From: Candidatus Saccharimonadota bacterium | GTDB lineage: Bacteria > Patescibacteriota > Saccharimonadia > Saccharimonadales > JAICHO01 | Assembly (NCBI GenBank): GCA_025924835.1 | Contig: JAICHO010000004.1 | Span: 1-45,020 of the forward strand | DNA: 45,020 nt | Direction of reading: 5' to 3' | In this document: positions 30,070-39,088 of the stretch, in pieces | Position numbering within the stretch: the stretch's first letter is position 1 | Layout of the letters: every line of letters begins with the position of its first letter | Position numbers and translations under genes: made by a program | The notes under the pieces: generated by a model | What the model was told of the DNA's origin: nothing | Seen by the model: the letters and a program-made list of their open reading frames with translations, nothing else | Databases searched by the model: none

Positions 30070-30375
30070 ATGATGCCGAGCATTGATGCTAGTGCTTTAA
30101 GACAAGAGCTTTATGCCGCACATAGAGGTGATATTACTCCCATTACCGTGGAGACATTCACGCAAATAGGTCAGAATGCCTTAGGTATGATGAGAGGTGG
30201 CGATGTCTACGGGGCTGTCTACTCTCTCCAAACGGCTATAATGGCCGGAAAAATGGCCGCAGTCTACCGTACTACCGGTTTCCATCCAGGATTAAGGCCG
30301 CTTGCGGTATATTTAGCCACCGATGAAGATCCGCCACTAAATCTTTTTGGATCAGTACTGTCGCACGTAGATTAG
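30070..30375 (+). CDS. Orphan 101-aa hypothetical protein between nusG and rplK
   Basis: GGAG SD; fills the junction; no recognisable motif. Confidence 0.55.
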   Translation: MMPSIDASALRQELYAAHRGDITPITVETFTQIGQNALGMMRGGDVYGAVYSLQTAIMAGKMAAVYRTTGFHPGLRPLAVYLATDEDPPLNLFGSVLSHVD

Positions 30376-30464
30376 ACAACAGGGGTAATTTGTAGTAGTA
30401 TTGATCAGTTACGCATGTGAGTGCCGATATGCTTCGTCGGCAAACTTCAAAGAGGAGAATACAG

Positions 30465-30893
30465 ATGGCAAATAAGCCTGTCAAAGCAAATTTAAAGATG
30501 AAAATACCGGCCGGCAAAGCTACAGCCGCACCGCCCGTGGGCAGCACGTTGGGTCAGCACGGTGTTAACATGATGGATTTTATTAATCCTTTCAACGAAC
30601 AGACCAAAGATCAAGGTAATGTGACCATAACGGCCCATATTACGATTTATCAGGACCGCACCATGGATTTTCGTTGGGTTGGCCAGCCAACTGACGATAT
30701 GATTCGCGGCAAACTAGGCATTCAGAAGGGGTCTGGCAAACCTAACAGTGAAAAAATCGCCAAAAAGCTAAGCCAAAGCGATCTAAGACAAATTGCCGAA
30801 ACAAAGGCAAAGGATACTAACACCGACGACATTGAGGCGGTCATGAAGCAAGTAGCCGGAACCGCCCGTTCTATGGGTGTTGAGGTAGGTTAG
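30465..30893 (+). CDS. rplK: 50S ribosomal protein L11
   Basis: IPAGKATAAPPVGSTLGQHGVNMMDF...AGTARSMGVEV; ATG 30465 follows GAGGAG. Confidence 0.98.
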   Translation: MANKPVKANLKMKIPAGKATAAPPVGSTLGQHGVNMMDFINPFNEQTKDQGNVTITAHITIYQDRTMDFRWVGQPTDDMIRGKLGIQKGSGKPNSEKIAKKLSQSDLRQIAETKAKDTNTDDIEAVMKQVAGTARSMGVEVG

Positions 30894-30899
30894 AAAACC

Positions 30900-31163
30900 G
30901 TGGCCCATGAGTATAATCCGTTGTCTGATGTTCGATCGCATATTATAGCCGTAAGCGAAACAATGGCTGGGTGGCAGTTTGGCATACTTTTTGCACTTGC
31001 CGCTGTATATGAGGGCGTAACCGCTGCCAAAACACAGGATATTACGCGACTGCGCAACGCAACTGTGCTAGCTAGTTTATCTTTGGCGAGTGCCCAGATT
31101 GCTGAACATGGCTGGAGACAGCTGGAAGATCCAACTAATGATGGTGTTATACCAACTGACTGA
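30900..31163 (+). CDS. Orphan 87-aa putative membrane protein between rplK and rplA
   Basis: GTG 6 nt after the rplK stop; two hydrophobic segments. Confidence 0.55.
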   Translation: MAHEYNPLSDVRSHIIAVSETMAGWQFGILFALAAVYEGVTAAKTQDITRLRNATVLASLSLASAQIAEHGWRQLEDPTNDGVIPTD

Positions 31164-31179
31164 TATAAATTAATACATT

Positions 31180-31214
31180 GTGGGACCATGTTATCAAACA
31201 TGGGCTTGGACCAC
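31180..31214 (+). promoter_or_regulatory. Putative L1-binding autoregulatory RNA upstream of rplA
   Basis: GTGG-GA-[CCATGTT atca AACATGG]-gcttgga-CCAC abutting the AAGGAG SD. Two helices with an asymmetric internal loop, as in known L1 mRNA sites. Confidence 0.7.
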
Positions 31215-31227
31215 GAAAGGAGCCAGT

Positions 31228-32250
31228 ATGGCAGAAGCAAAGAAAACAGCAACTAAAAAGGCTGTCAAGGCAAAAAAGACTGATGAAAAAGTTGAAAAGG
31301 TTAAGGCAGTAAAAGGCACGAAGGAGCAACTAGATGGGATTACTACGGAAACTAGTCAGGTATCGGTTGAAGCAAATCAAGAACCAAAAGTAGGCGACAG
31401 CGCTGCCCCTAAGGTCGCTAAGGCCGGCAAGCGCAGCGAAAAGGCACTAAAGGAAGCTGAAGAAAAACAGGCCAAAGAGGCGCGAAAAGCTCAGGCGGCA
31501 GACGCCAAAGCAGAAAGCGAAGCTAAACCTAAAGTTCAGCAAAAGCCTGCCCGCAGCAAGCTGGAACGAAAAAGTAAAGGCTTCCGTAAAGCCTCTGAAC
31601 TGATAGAAAAAAATAAGTCTTATAACATTAGCGAGGCTATGGAACTGGCTGCAAAGACAAATCCTGCAAAATTTGACGCTACCGTCGAGTTGCACATCAG
31701 ACTTGCGGTTGACCCCAGGCAGGCTGACCAGAATATTCGCGATATGGTGGTATTGCCCGCTGGTACTGGGAAGGCTATTCGCGTAGCGGTCCTGGCTGAT
31801 GCTGACGGTGTGACAGCTGCTAAAAAGGCCGGAGCTGACAGCGCCGGCAGTGACGAATTCCTGCAGGAGCTTGACAAGGGTAATCTCAATTTTGATATCC
31901 TAGTCGCTACCCCTGCATTCATGCCCAAACTTGGAAAATACGCCCGTGTTTTGGGGCCAAAAGGACTTATGCCAAACCCCAAGAGTGGCACCGTTACCAA
32001 CGACGTGGCCAAAGCGGTTACCGAAGCCAAAGCTGGTCGCGTAGAATACAGAGTTGATAGTACGGGTATTATCCATGTTGGCATTGGAAAAGTGAGTTTT
32101 GGAGGTGCCAAATTATCGCAGAACGCGCAGGCGATTTTAGCTAGTATCAAGCAGAACAAGCCAAGCAGTATTAAGGGCAACTATATACGTTCTATCTATG
32201 CCGCTAGCAGTATGGGTCCATCTATTCGCATTGCTACCAACGAAATTTAA
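31228..32250 (+). CDS. rplA: 50S ribosomal protein L1 with about 110-aa Lys/Ala/Glu-rich N-terminal extension
   Basis: KFDATVELHIRL, LPAGTGK, LGPKGLMPNPKSGTV, SSMGPS; ATG 31228 follows AAGGAG. Confidence 0.97.
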   Translation: MAEAKKTATKKAVKAKKTDEKVEKVKAVKGTKEQLDGITTETSQVSVEANQEPKVGDSAAPKVAKAGKRSEKALKEAEEKQAKEARKAQAADAKAESEAKPKVQQKPARSKLERKSKGFRKASELIEKNKSYNISEAMELAAKTNPAKFDATVELHIRLAVDPRQADQNIRDMVVLPAGTGKAIRVAVLADADGVTAAKKAGADSAGSDEFLQELDKGNLNFDILVATPAFMPKLGKYARVLGPKGLMPNPKSGTVTNDVAKAVTEAKAGRVEYRVDSTGIIHVGIGKVSFGGAKLSQNAQAILASIKQNKPSSIKGNYIRSIYAASSMGPSIRIATNEI

Positions 32251-32302
32251 TTTTGCTAAATAGCTATACCGCGGCGGTACGGTTTGCTATATAGTAACTG
32301 CA

Positions 32303-32743
32303 GTGACAGCGACCCGTAGCCGTAAACAAGTCAAGTCTTATGAGCGGCATCTTAAGTATGTTGAACCACCGGCTAAGGGCTGTGTATTTTGTACAATCAG
32401 CGACAAAGACCATCAGTTTATAAAGCAAACGGCATTTTTTAAAGTTATCCGCAATATTTTCCCCTATTCGGTCTGGGATAATCAGCCGGTAGAAAGTCAC
32501 CTACTGCTCATACCTAAGCTGCACACCGACACTCTGGCAGATCTGCCGTCATCTGCCGCCCAGGAATTTGTAAAACTAATAAGCGAATATGAATCCGTCG
32601 GGTATTCCGTGTATGCCCGCGCTCCCGGGTCGGCCATGAAATCCTTGATACATCAACATACACATTTGATAAAAACCAGAAATCGCAATATACGTGGTCT
32701 GTTTTATGTCCGCAAACCGTATGTACGTTTGGTAGTTAAGTAA
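32303..32743 (+). CDS. HIT family nucleotide hydrolase
   Basis: CVFC, NIFPY, HLLLIPKLH, HQHTH triad. Confidence 0.85.
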   Translation: MTATRSRKQVKSYERHLKYVEPPAKGCVFCTISDKDHQFIKQTAFFKVIRNIFPYSVWDNQPVESHLLLIPKLHTDTLADLPSSAAQEFVKLISEYESVGYSVYARAPGSAMKSLIHQHTHLIKTRNRNIRGLFYVRKPYVRLVVK

Positions 32744-32786
32744 ACATGCTTTTTGTCTTGCGGTGTTTTTTGGTTACAATGTGCTC

Positions 32787-33542
32787 ATGATTATTTTAGG
32801 TATGACCGGGCCGATTGGCCATGGCAAATCCACGTTCGCGGACGCATTAGCGGTACTGGAAGAATCCACTGTTCATTTTGAGTCATCATTGATCATTGCC
32901 GAGGTCGCTAATGCCATGCAAAACGCGCTTACTGATATTCCGGATCCATACAACGTTGAGCAACTGAATAATTGGCTTCGTTGCTTGCCACCCATTTTAG
33001 CAGAAATTATCCATGTGAATTGCGCGTATGAGCAACTAAAACTAGAACAAAAAGCCATGGAAGAACACCCGGTGGAATATCAAAAGCTGATACTGCATGT
33101 TGAGAACATGCAAAGAAAGCCGGAGCTGATGCATCAATTAATTACTAAGGAAAATAAAGAAAGCTACCGCCCGCTGCTGCAATGGTTAGGCGGGTATCTG
33201 GTACAGAAAATCGATAGTGGTGTGTGGTATAACGAGATTGTTCGGCGAATGCGCCAAGCGGCAGACGCAGGCTGTAAGCTCTGTATCGTCGGCGGATTAC
33301 GCTATCCAACTGACGCGGCTATTTTGCGCGGAGCCGGCGCCATAATAGTCAAGGTTTACCGGCCGGGACACTTACAAAGTGACATGCTTGACCCGACTGA
33401 ACGTGAACGACAAAACATACAAGTAGATTGCACCATCATGAGCAACGGTACCGTGGCAGACGTGCGTAAATTTGCCGAGTTATTTTACCAGGATTTAAAA
33501 GATAATAAGATCGAAAAAATTTACCATACAGCTACCGTATAA
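32787..33542 (+). CDS. P-loop nucleoside monophosphate kinase-like protein (dNMP kinase-like)
   Basis: IILGMTGPIGHGKST, RPLLQWLG, GLRYPTD (cf. R..LQ..G and DVRFPNE of dNMP kinases); ATG at 32787. Confidence 0.65.
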   Translation: MIILGMTGPIGHGKSTFADALAVLEESTVHFESSLIIAEVANAMQNALTDIPDPYNVEQLNNWLRCLPPILAEIIHVNCAYEQLKLEQKAMEEHPVEYQKLILHVENMQRKPELMHQLITKENKESYRPLLQWLGGYLVQKIDSGVWYNEIVRRMRQAADAGCKLCIVGGLRYPTDAAILRGAGAIIVKVYRPGHLQSDMLDPTERERQNIQVDCTIMSNGTVADVRKFAELFYQDLKDNKIEKIYHTATV

Positions 33543-33552
33543 ACCGCTGACA

Positions 33553-35232
33553 TTATCTTGTTTTACTCATAACCTTGTTAAGGGCATTTAGCGTACGACT
33601 AAAGCCTCGAATACCACCACGATAGGCAATATAGCGGCTGCTCCACTCGGGCTCATACTTGGACTTAAAACGCTTTAGGCCGCTAAAGGAATAGAAGCGA
33701 TCGCTATTGGCATATACAAAACGTAATGCATTGTCAAGAAGAGCACTGCTTTGATCATCATTGTCCAAGCCTGCCAAAGGACATAAGCCTAGGTTTAAGC
33801 GTGTAATTCCGGCACCCTGTAAGTAGCGGATAAACTCGGTTAGCAGAAAGTCATTGCTATTAGTCGGAGCGTCTTTCGTATGACGTAATAAGTCGTAACT
33901 GGCTTCTTGCCAACCTAAGGAAGGCATTTGATTCATGAAAGCCTGGATTTGGCCTGCCTCATCGCGTAATATCATAACTTTGCACTGCTGTATATATGAT
34001 ACCTTGAAATAGCCCATCATAAAGCCCCTCTCCGTACGGCCTGGCAATTGGAGCCATTCGTTAGACACTTGGCGTAATCGCTTGATGAGTGCCTCGCTGT
34101 GTGGTGGCGTCATAACTTCGGTCTTAAACCCGTGCTTTATAAACCGATTATTAATTTGACGAAAGTATTTATTATTCAAAGTGTTCGTAGCAAAATGTTC
34201 TAAGTTTAAGCAAGCTTCTTCACCAATTTTTTGCAGCGTAAAGTGGTGCGAGGTATAGAGCGCGTTATTGGGTGGTTCTGTATGTATGAATGACGGAAGC
34301 CAATCATTCACTCGGCAGAATTCCATGAATTGATCTATAAGTCTTGGAAACTGGCGAGGATCACCTGCCGGATCACGAACCGCTAATGCTACACCACTAT
34401 GAACACGGTAGGCCAGCGCTGCTGTGTGCTCTTCGTTAAAAAAATAGACTTTGTCGTGCGGCCAAATCTTAAAAAAGTCTTCACTACTTGACGGATATGA
34501 ATGTAGTAGTTCTTCTACTAGCCGGCGACTCCGTGTTTGATCAGTTAATCGTGCCCGAATTGGTTGGAATAATGACACAAATACATATCCCACCGCTACC
34601 GTACTTACCAGACTAAGGGAGTCCTGAAACAACCGAGAGCGCCGTGTGTAACCCATCAATTCATGGTCACTTGTTATATTAAACTGATCAATTGTTCGGT
34701 GGACGGCTTCTGGAAAACTTATTTCTTGCCTAAAATCATGAGAGTCAAGCAATATAAACCCAGACACACCGTACATAAGCGCTACAACCAACAAAAGAGC
34801 GCTTGTGCGAAGCGCTAATGTAAAGTTTTGTATGTCACTTTTAACCTGAAATTCCGCTCGGTAGTGAATTAACCCCAATGTTATGATGGCCGGCAATAGT
34901 ATGTTCCGCGCCAGAGACACAAGGCCTAGGTCATGATACGTCCTAAATATAAACACCTGAGCTAAACCAAATCCGAAGATACAGGCATACACAGGGAGTA
35001 TGACTAACCATGCAGCTCGTTTACGGCGCCTTAACAGCGTTGCTAAATAGATAAGCGTCAGACCAAGAAGCAGTGGTACATGGGGAAACAGTGCATCTGA
35101 ATGCTCGCCATGCGTAAATATGAGCTCTGCCAGTGAGGTCCCGACAATTATAAGTCCGTTAGCCAGCACGCTACCGGCAATTAACCACAGCATAAAATCA
35201 CCCCGAACGTACCTTGAGAGCAACCTATTCAT
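33553..35232 (-). CDS. MprF/LysX-type aminoacyl-phosphatidylglycerol synthase domain protein (DUF2156)
   Basis: About 6 TM helices, then DKVYFF, DPAG, KIGEEA, ERGFMMG, NLGLCPL, FYSFSGLKRFKSKYEPEWSSRY. Confidence 0.88.
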   Translation of the reverse strand: MNRLLSRYVRGDFMLWLIAGSVLANGLIIVGTSLAELIFTHGEHSDALFPHVPLLLGLTLIYLATLLRRRKRAAWLVILPVYACIFGFGLAQVFIFRTYHDLGLVSLARNILLPAIITLGLIHYRAEFQVKSDIQNFTLALRTSALLLVVALMYGVSGFILLDSHDFRQEISFPEAVHRTIDQFNITSDHELMGYTRRSRLFQDSLSLVSTVAVGYVFVSLFQPIRARLTDQTRSRRLVEELLHSYPSSSEDFFKIWPHDKVYFFNEEHTAALAYRVHSGVALAVRDPAGDPRQFPRLIDQFMEFCRVNDWLPSFIHTEPPNNALYTSHHFTLQKIGEEACLNLEHFATNTLNNKYFRQINNRFIKHGFKTEVMTPPHSEALIKRLRQVSNEWLQLPGRTERGFMMGYFKVSYIQQCKVMILRDEAGQIQAFMNQMPSLGWQEASYDLLRHTKDAPTNSNDFLLTEFIRYLQGAGITRLNLGLCPLAGLDNDDQSSALLDNALRFVYANSDRFYSFSGLKRFKSKYEPEWSSRYIAYRGGIRGFSRTLNALNKVMSKTR

Positions 35233-35393
35233 TCAATCTTATTGTATCGCTTTAACCTCCGCAACAACTATCAATGTGTTTATTCCATGTCCGTTCAAGC
35301 TGAAATGCAAACAATAATACAACAATAAGTCAGCATTTGGGCTTGCGTCACCCTTTTGACAAAACGTACAATAGGTTCAGATTGTGAGGACGA

Positions 35394-36095
35394 ATGGGTG
35401 TATATAGTAATACGCAGATCAAGCAGGCTATCAAAGAGGGCCATATTATCTTTTTCCCTTACATCGAGCAACATATCGCTGGTAGCAGTGTAGATGTAAC
35501 ACTAGGGGATTGGTATTACCGCACGGAACGGCCCAGCGAAGGCGGGTTTTATAACCCTTTTGACGAGGCGGCCGTAAAACAGTACTTTGGCTCACCACTC
35601 CGAGCCGAGATTCACCATGAATGGGCGGAGAAACATGGGCGCAAGCCGTTTGCAAATATACCGCTCGACCACCGTATCATAGTCCTGCGGCCGCAAGAAC
35701 GAATACTCGGTCATACGCATGAGTTTATCGGTATTAAGGCGCCCGGCACAAGTACCATGCAGGCCCGTAGCACATGGGGGAGAAACGGCGTGGCAGTTTG
35801 TCTAGACGCTGGGTGGGGAGACCCAGGATATATAAACCGTTGGACAATGGAAATTTATAATATGAACCAGCACGAAAGCGTGGTTCTGCCGGTGGGCGAG
35901 CGGGTGGCGCAGATGGTTTTTTATGAAACAGGTCCCGTGGACAGCGAGTACAAAAAGCTAAGCGGTAAATATCAGCCAGGCGAGAGTGATGACCTGGATA
36001 ACATCATAGCCAGCTGGAAGCCCGAACAAATGCTACCACGCGCCTATAAGGATAAACGCCGTGTTCCTGAGGTAATAAAAGGTTTAAAAGCATGA
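35394..36095 (+). CDS. dcd: dCTP deaminase
   Basis: SVDVTLG, ARSTWGRNG, AGWGDPGY..WTMEIYN, RVAQMVF, GKYQ. Confidence 0.9.
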   Translation: MGVYSNTQIKQAIKEGHIIFFPYIEQHIAGSSVDVTLGDWYYRTERPSEGGFYNPFDEAAVKQYFGSPLRAEIHHEWAEKHGRKPFANIPLDHRIIVLRPQERILGHTHEFIGIKAPGTSTMQARSTWGRNGVAVCLDAGWGDPGYINRWTMEIYNMNQHESVVLPVGERVAQMVFYETGPVDSEYKKLSGKYQPGESDDLDNIIASWKPEQMLPRAYKDKRRVPEVIKGLKA

Positions 36096-38443
36096 TTGAC
36101 GCCAAAGAAGCCGCCAGGGAACGCGGCACATTTATTGTAATTGAGGGAACAGATGGGTCAGGCAAGGGCACGCAGTTTGCCAAGCTTGTGCAGCGGTTGG
36201 AGTCCGAGGGTTACGATGTTGTGACGTTTGATTTTCCGCTTTATGATGATCCGTCGTCATATTTTATTCAGCAGTATCTAAATGGCAAATATGGTAGTAG
36301 CAAAGAAGTCGGCCCATATACAGGTTCTCTATTTTTTGCCCTGAATCGCTACGACGCATCCTTTGCCATCCGTGATGCCCTAGATGCCGGCAAGATAGTA
36401 GTCGCCAATCGTTTTACTGGCAGCAATATGGCCCACCAGGGTGGTAAATTTGAACATGCCGAGGAACGGCGTGGATATTTTATCTGGGTGGATAATTTGG
36501 AATTTGAAATGCTCAAGATTCCGCGACCCGACAGGTCAATTGTACTCCGCATGCCGGCGGATATGGCCCAAAAACTGGTGGACAAAAAGCCTGCCCGCAG
36601 CTACACGGAGCACAAACGAGATCTTCATGAGGCCGATTTACATCATATGGAACGATCTGTTGAAGTGTACGACGATTTGTGCCAACTGTTTCCGAAAGAT
36701 TTTGTAAGGCTGGACTGCGTACGGGATGGCAAACTGCTGGACATAGATACTATACATGCTCTGCTTTGGCAAAATATTGAGCCTTTATTACCCGCTAAAC
36801 CAAAAAAGTCTAGTACTGCCGAGCTTAAAGCTGAAAAATCAGTTAAGTCCATTGTGGCCGATAACCCCTATATTAAAAAAACAAAGGCAGGTTATGAGAT
36901 AACAAAGGCTGGCGAGGAGTTTTTGGCCGAATGTGTCACCGATATTAGTGATAACGTTTATGCCTTTAATAGCAAGCTTGGTCCATTGACAGTTGCGGCG
37001 GCCATGGCTCGCTTATCGCGCCGTGGCGATGATATGCGCATTACTATTTTGGATGAATTCGCCGGTAATTTGGGTAAAGATGAGAAATTGTTACAACGGG
37101 TCATCACGGCATACGGCGATGATTCGGTCCAACAACTTGCCGGCGTGCATGTAGTGGTAGAGGGCGCGTCAAACATTTTGACCAAAAAACTAGAATGGGG
37201 GCGTCTGGGGGCATATCTGGAGCAGTCAACCCGATACATTTATCTAGATAAAAAAGATTCGGATGGCAACTATAGATACTACACGCCAGAACGCCTAGAT
37301 GCTAAGGCCAATAAAATCTACAGAATTGCCATGGATGAAATTTTTGATGAGTACTCAGATATGGTCCATAAAGTTACGGATTACGTCCGCAGCAACGACA
37401 AAACCCCTAAAAGCGAACAAGACATAGCGTGGCAGGGTGCTACGCGGGCTCAAGCCTGTGACGCCGTACGGCCGGTGCTGCCCGTGGCCACTAAATTAAC
37501 CGTTGGGATTTTTGCGTCCGGCCAGGCACTGGAAAGCCTAATCATGCACTTGTTAAGTGATGAGCTACAAGAAGCCCGTGAAACGGGTCAAAAAATCCTG
37601 GATCAGGCACGCCACGTTATCCCAGCACTACTGGAACGTGCCGACAAGCCAGACCGCGGTGGAGCTCTCATCGCATATCGTGCCAATAAACACCGTGAGA
37701 TGCGTGAGCTAGCCCAAAAGTATTTACCAGACACACACAGCACTTCGACAGAAGCCATTAGCCTGAATTCCTTTTGGCCACGTAACGAAACTGATTTAGT
37801 CCCCGACATGCTTTATGAACACAGCACTCTATCCCTCAAAGAATTACAGGATACGGTCAGCAAATGGCCGATCGCCAAAAAAGAAGAAGTCTTTGTTGCC
37901 TATATGGGTGAGCGCTTAAACCGGCGTCACAGGCCCGGACGAGCTTTAGAAAAAGCTCATTATAGCTGGGATTTATTGTGTGATTATGGCATCTTCCGCG
38001 ATCTGCAACGTCACCGTATGGTTGACGATATGGAATGGCAAACACTTACACCACGTTACGGATATGAAATACCACAACTCATAGAAGATGCCGGCTTAAG
38101 TGAACAATATGAAAAATGCTTTGAGCTAAGCTTAAAGCTACACAGCCACTTGCAGTCAGCAGGATATGAAGCCGAGGCGCAGTATACTACGCTTCTGGGC
38201 CACCGTATGCGCTGGAAAGTTACCTACAACGCGCGGGAGGCCTTTCACCTGCATGAGCTCCGCACCAGTCCGCAAGGCCACCCAGGCTACCGCAAGCTAG
38301 TTCAGCAAATGCACGAAAAGCTGGCCGAGGTTCATCCTATGATGGCCGAAGCCATGAAATTTGTGAATCAAGGTGAGGACGAAGCCCTGACACGTTTAGC
38401 TGCCGAACGCTACACTCAATTCAAGCTGCAACAGCTAAGCTAG
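36092..38443 (+). CDS. Fusion of thymidylate kinase with flavin-dependent thymidylate synthase (tandem ThyX-like domains)
   Basis: N-terminal FIVIEGTDGSGKGTQ and NRFTGSNMAHQG (Tmk); then YGDDSVQQL, EQSTRY, RPVLP, RDLQRHR, HELRT..QGH (ThyX). Confidence 0.9.
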   Translation: MIDAKEAARERGTFIVIEGTDGSGKGTQFAKLVQRLESEGYDVVTFDFPLYDDPSSYFIQQYLNGKYGSSKEVGPYTGSLFFALNRYDASFAIRDALDAGKIVVANRFTGSNMAHQGGKFEHAEERRGYFIWVDNLEFEMLKIPRPDRSIVLRMPADMAQKLVDKKPARSYTEHKRDLHEADLHHMERSVEVYDDLCQLFPKDFVRLDCVRDGKLLDIDTIHALLWQNIEPLLPAKPKKSSTAELKAEKSVKSIVADNPYIKKTKAGYEITKAGEEFLAECVTDISDNVYAFNSKLGPLTVAAAMARLSRRGDDMRITILDEFAGNLGKDEKLLQRVITAYGDDSVQQLAGVHVVVEGASNILTKKLEWGRLGAYLEQSTRYIYLDKKDSDGNYRYYTPERLDAKANKIYRIAMDEIFDEYSDMVHKVTDYVRSNDKTPKSEQDIAWQGATRAQACDAVRPVLPVATKLTVGIFASGQALESLIMHLLSDELQEARETGQKILDQARHVIPALLERADKPDRGGALIAYRANKHREMRELAQKYLPDTHSTSTEAISLNSFWPRNETDLVPDMLYEHSTLSLKELQDTVSKWPIAKKEEVFVAYMGERLNRRHRPGRALEKAHYSWDLLCDYGIFRDLQRHRMVDDMEWQTLTPRYGYEIPQLIEDAGLSEQYEKCFELSLKLHSHLQSAGYEAEAQYTTLLGHRMRWKVTYNAREAFHLHELRTSPQGHPGYRKLVQQMHEKLAEVHPMMAEAMKFVNQGEDEALTRLAAERYTQFKLQQLS

Positions 38444-38840
38444 GTGCGACCGGATTTCTCTGAGCCCAATAGGAAACAAACGCGGCATTTCCAGGCAGGT
38501 CCTCAACGGTGATTACCTGCCGAAGAATATAGCCCAGGCTAGTCGTAAATACTGTTTCTGAATCAGAATCAACATATTCAACATCGTTTAAGCCTAAAGC
38601 GTCTAATAAACCGATGTGAGCAGTTTGGCTTTGAGCTTCGTTCGGATAATTAACCCTAAATGCGAACTGTAGCCCGTGATTGCCTTCAGTATTACCCGGT
38701 ATTTCTCCCTGCAGATACGCCAAGAAGTCACCGGCCTTTCTCATGCCTATTTCATAGGCGGCTCTTATTTCCTTTTCTTCACGCTGTGAATAATTCTGCC
38801 CGGGAATTTCCTGTAATCGTGTTTCGTATGTCAAGCTCAT
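38421..38840 (-). CDS. Orphan 139-aa acidic protein, first gene downstream of the minus-strand attenuator
   Basis: ATG 19 nt after the terminator U-tract; C-terminus ...SLAVAA; overlaps the tmk-thyX 3' end by 23 nt. Confidence 0.65.
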   Translation of the reverse strand: MSLTYETRLQEIPGQNYSQREEKEIRAAYEIGMRKAGDFLAYLQGEIPGNTEGNHGLQFAFRVNYPNEAQSQTAHIGLLDALGLNDVEYVDSDSETVFTTSLGYILRQVITVEDLPGNAAFVSYWAQRNPVAPSLAVAA

Positions 38841-38859
38841 GTTATTTACTCTTGTATTT

Positions 38860-38893
38860 AAAAAACCGGACTCCTTTGGTTGGAGTCCGGTTT
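38860..38893 (-). terminator. Intrinsic terminator of the minus-strand attenuator
   Basis: Minus strand reads AAACCGGACTCC-aaccaaa-GGAGTCCGG-TTTTTT. Confidence 0.9.
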
Positions 38894-38938
38894 GTTTGAT
38901 TTCTTGTTTTATTTAGTGTGTGATGCGGGACTCCAACC

Positions 38939-39004
38939 TCATTTAATAATCATCACAAAAGCCCACTTGCGGCTTTGGAGATGCATATAAACGGTTTGGA
39001 GCAT
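38939..39004 (-). CDS. Putative attenuator leader peptide (21 aa), specificity uncertain
   Basis: MLQTVYMHLQSRKWAFVMIIK*. The stop codon abuts an 11-nt antiterminator strand (38928-38) complementary to the terminator 5' arm and loop (38878-88). Confidence 0.7.
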   Translation of the reverse strand: MLQTVYMHLQSRKWAFVMIIK

Positions 39005-39020
39005 TTTTATCACGCATAAA

Positions 39021-39049
39021 ACTTTATGCTTTGTCGGCGGCCTTGTCAA
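39021..39049 (-). promoter_or_regulatory. Sigma70-type promoter TTGACA-N17-TAAAGT
   Basis: Reverse complement of 39021-39049; consensus -35 and 17-nt spacer. Confidence 0.8.
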
Positions 39050-39058
39050 GTGCTTTTA

Positions 39059-39087
39059 TTGACAACAAAAAAGCCATGGGTTATAAA
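39059..39087 (+). promoter_or_regulatory. Sigma70-type promoter TTGACA-N17-TATAAA
   Basis: Back-to-back with the minus-strand promoter; the two -35 boxes are 9 nt apart. Confidence 0.75.
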
Positions 39088-39088
39088 C

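Noticed and set aside
35287-35345. Gln-rich mini-ORF MSVQAEMQTIIQQ* with an imperfect hairpin upstream of dcd
   Set aside because: No intrinsic terminator or antiterminator pair, and the likely dcd promoter (TTGCGT...TACAAT) lies downstream of it.
38943-39017. Alternative minus-strand leader MRDKNAPNRLYASPKPQVGFCDDY*
   Set aside because: Its ATG is only 3 nt from the -10 box, probably upstream of the TSS. The frame starting at 39004 fits better, though this one is not formally excluded.
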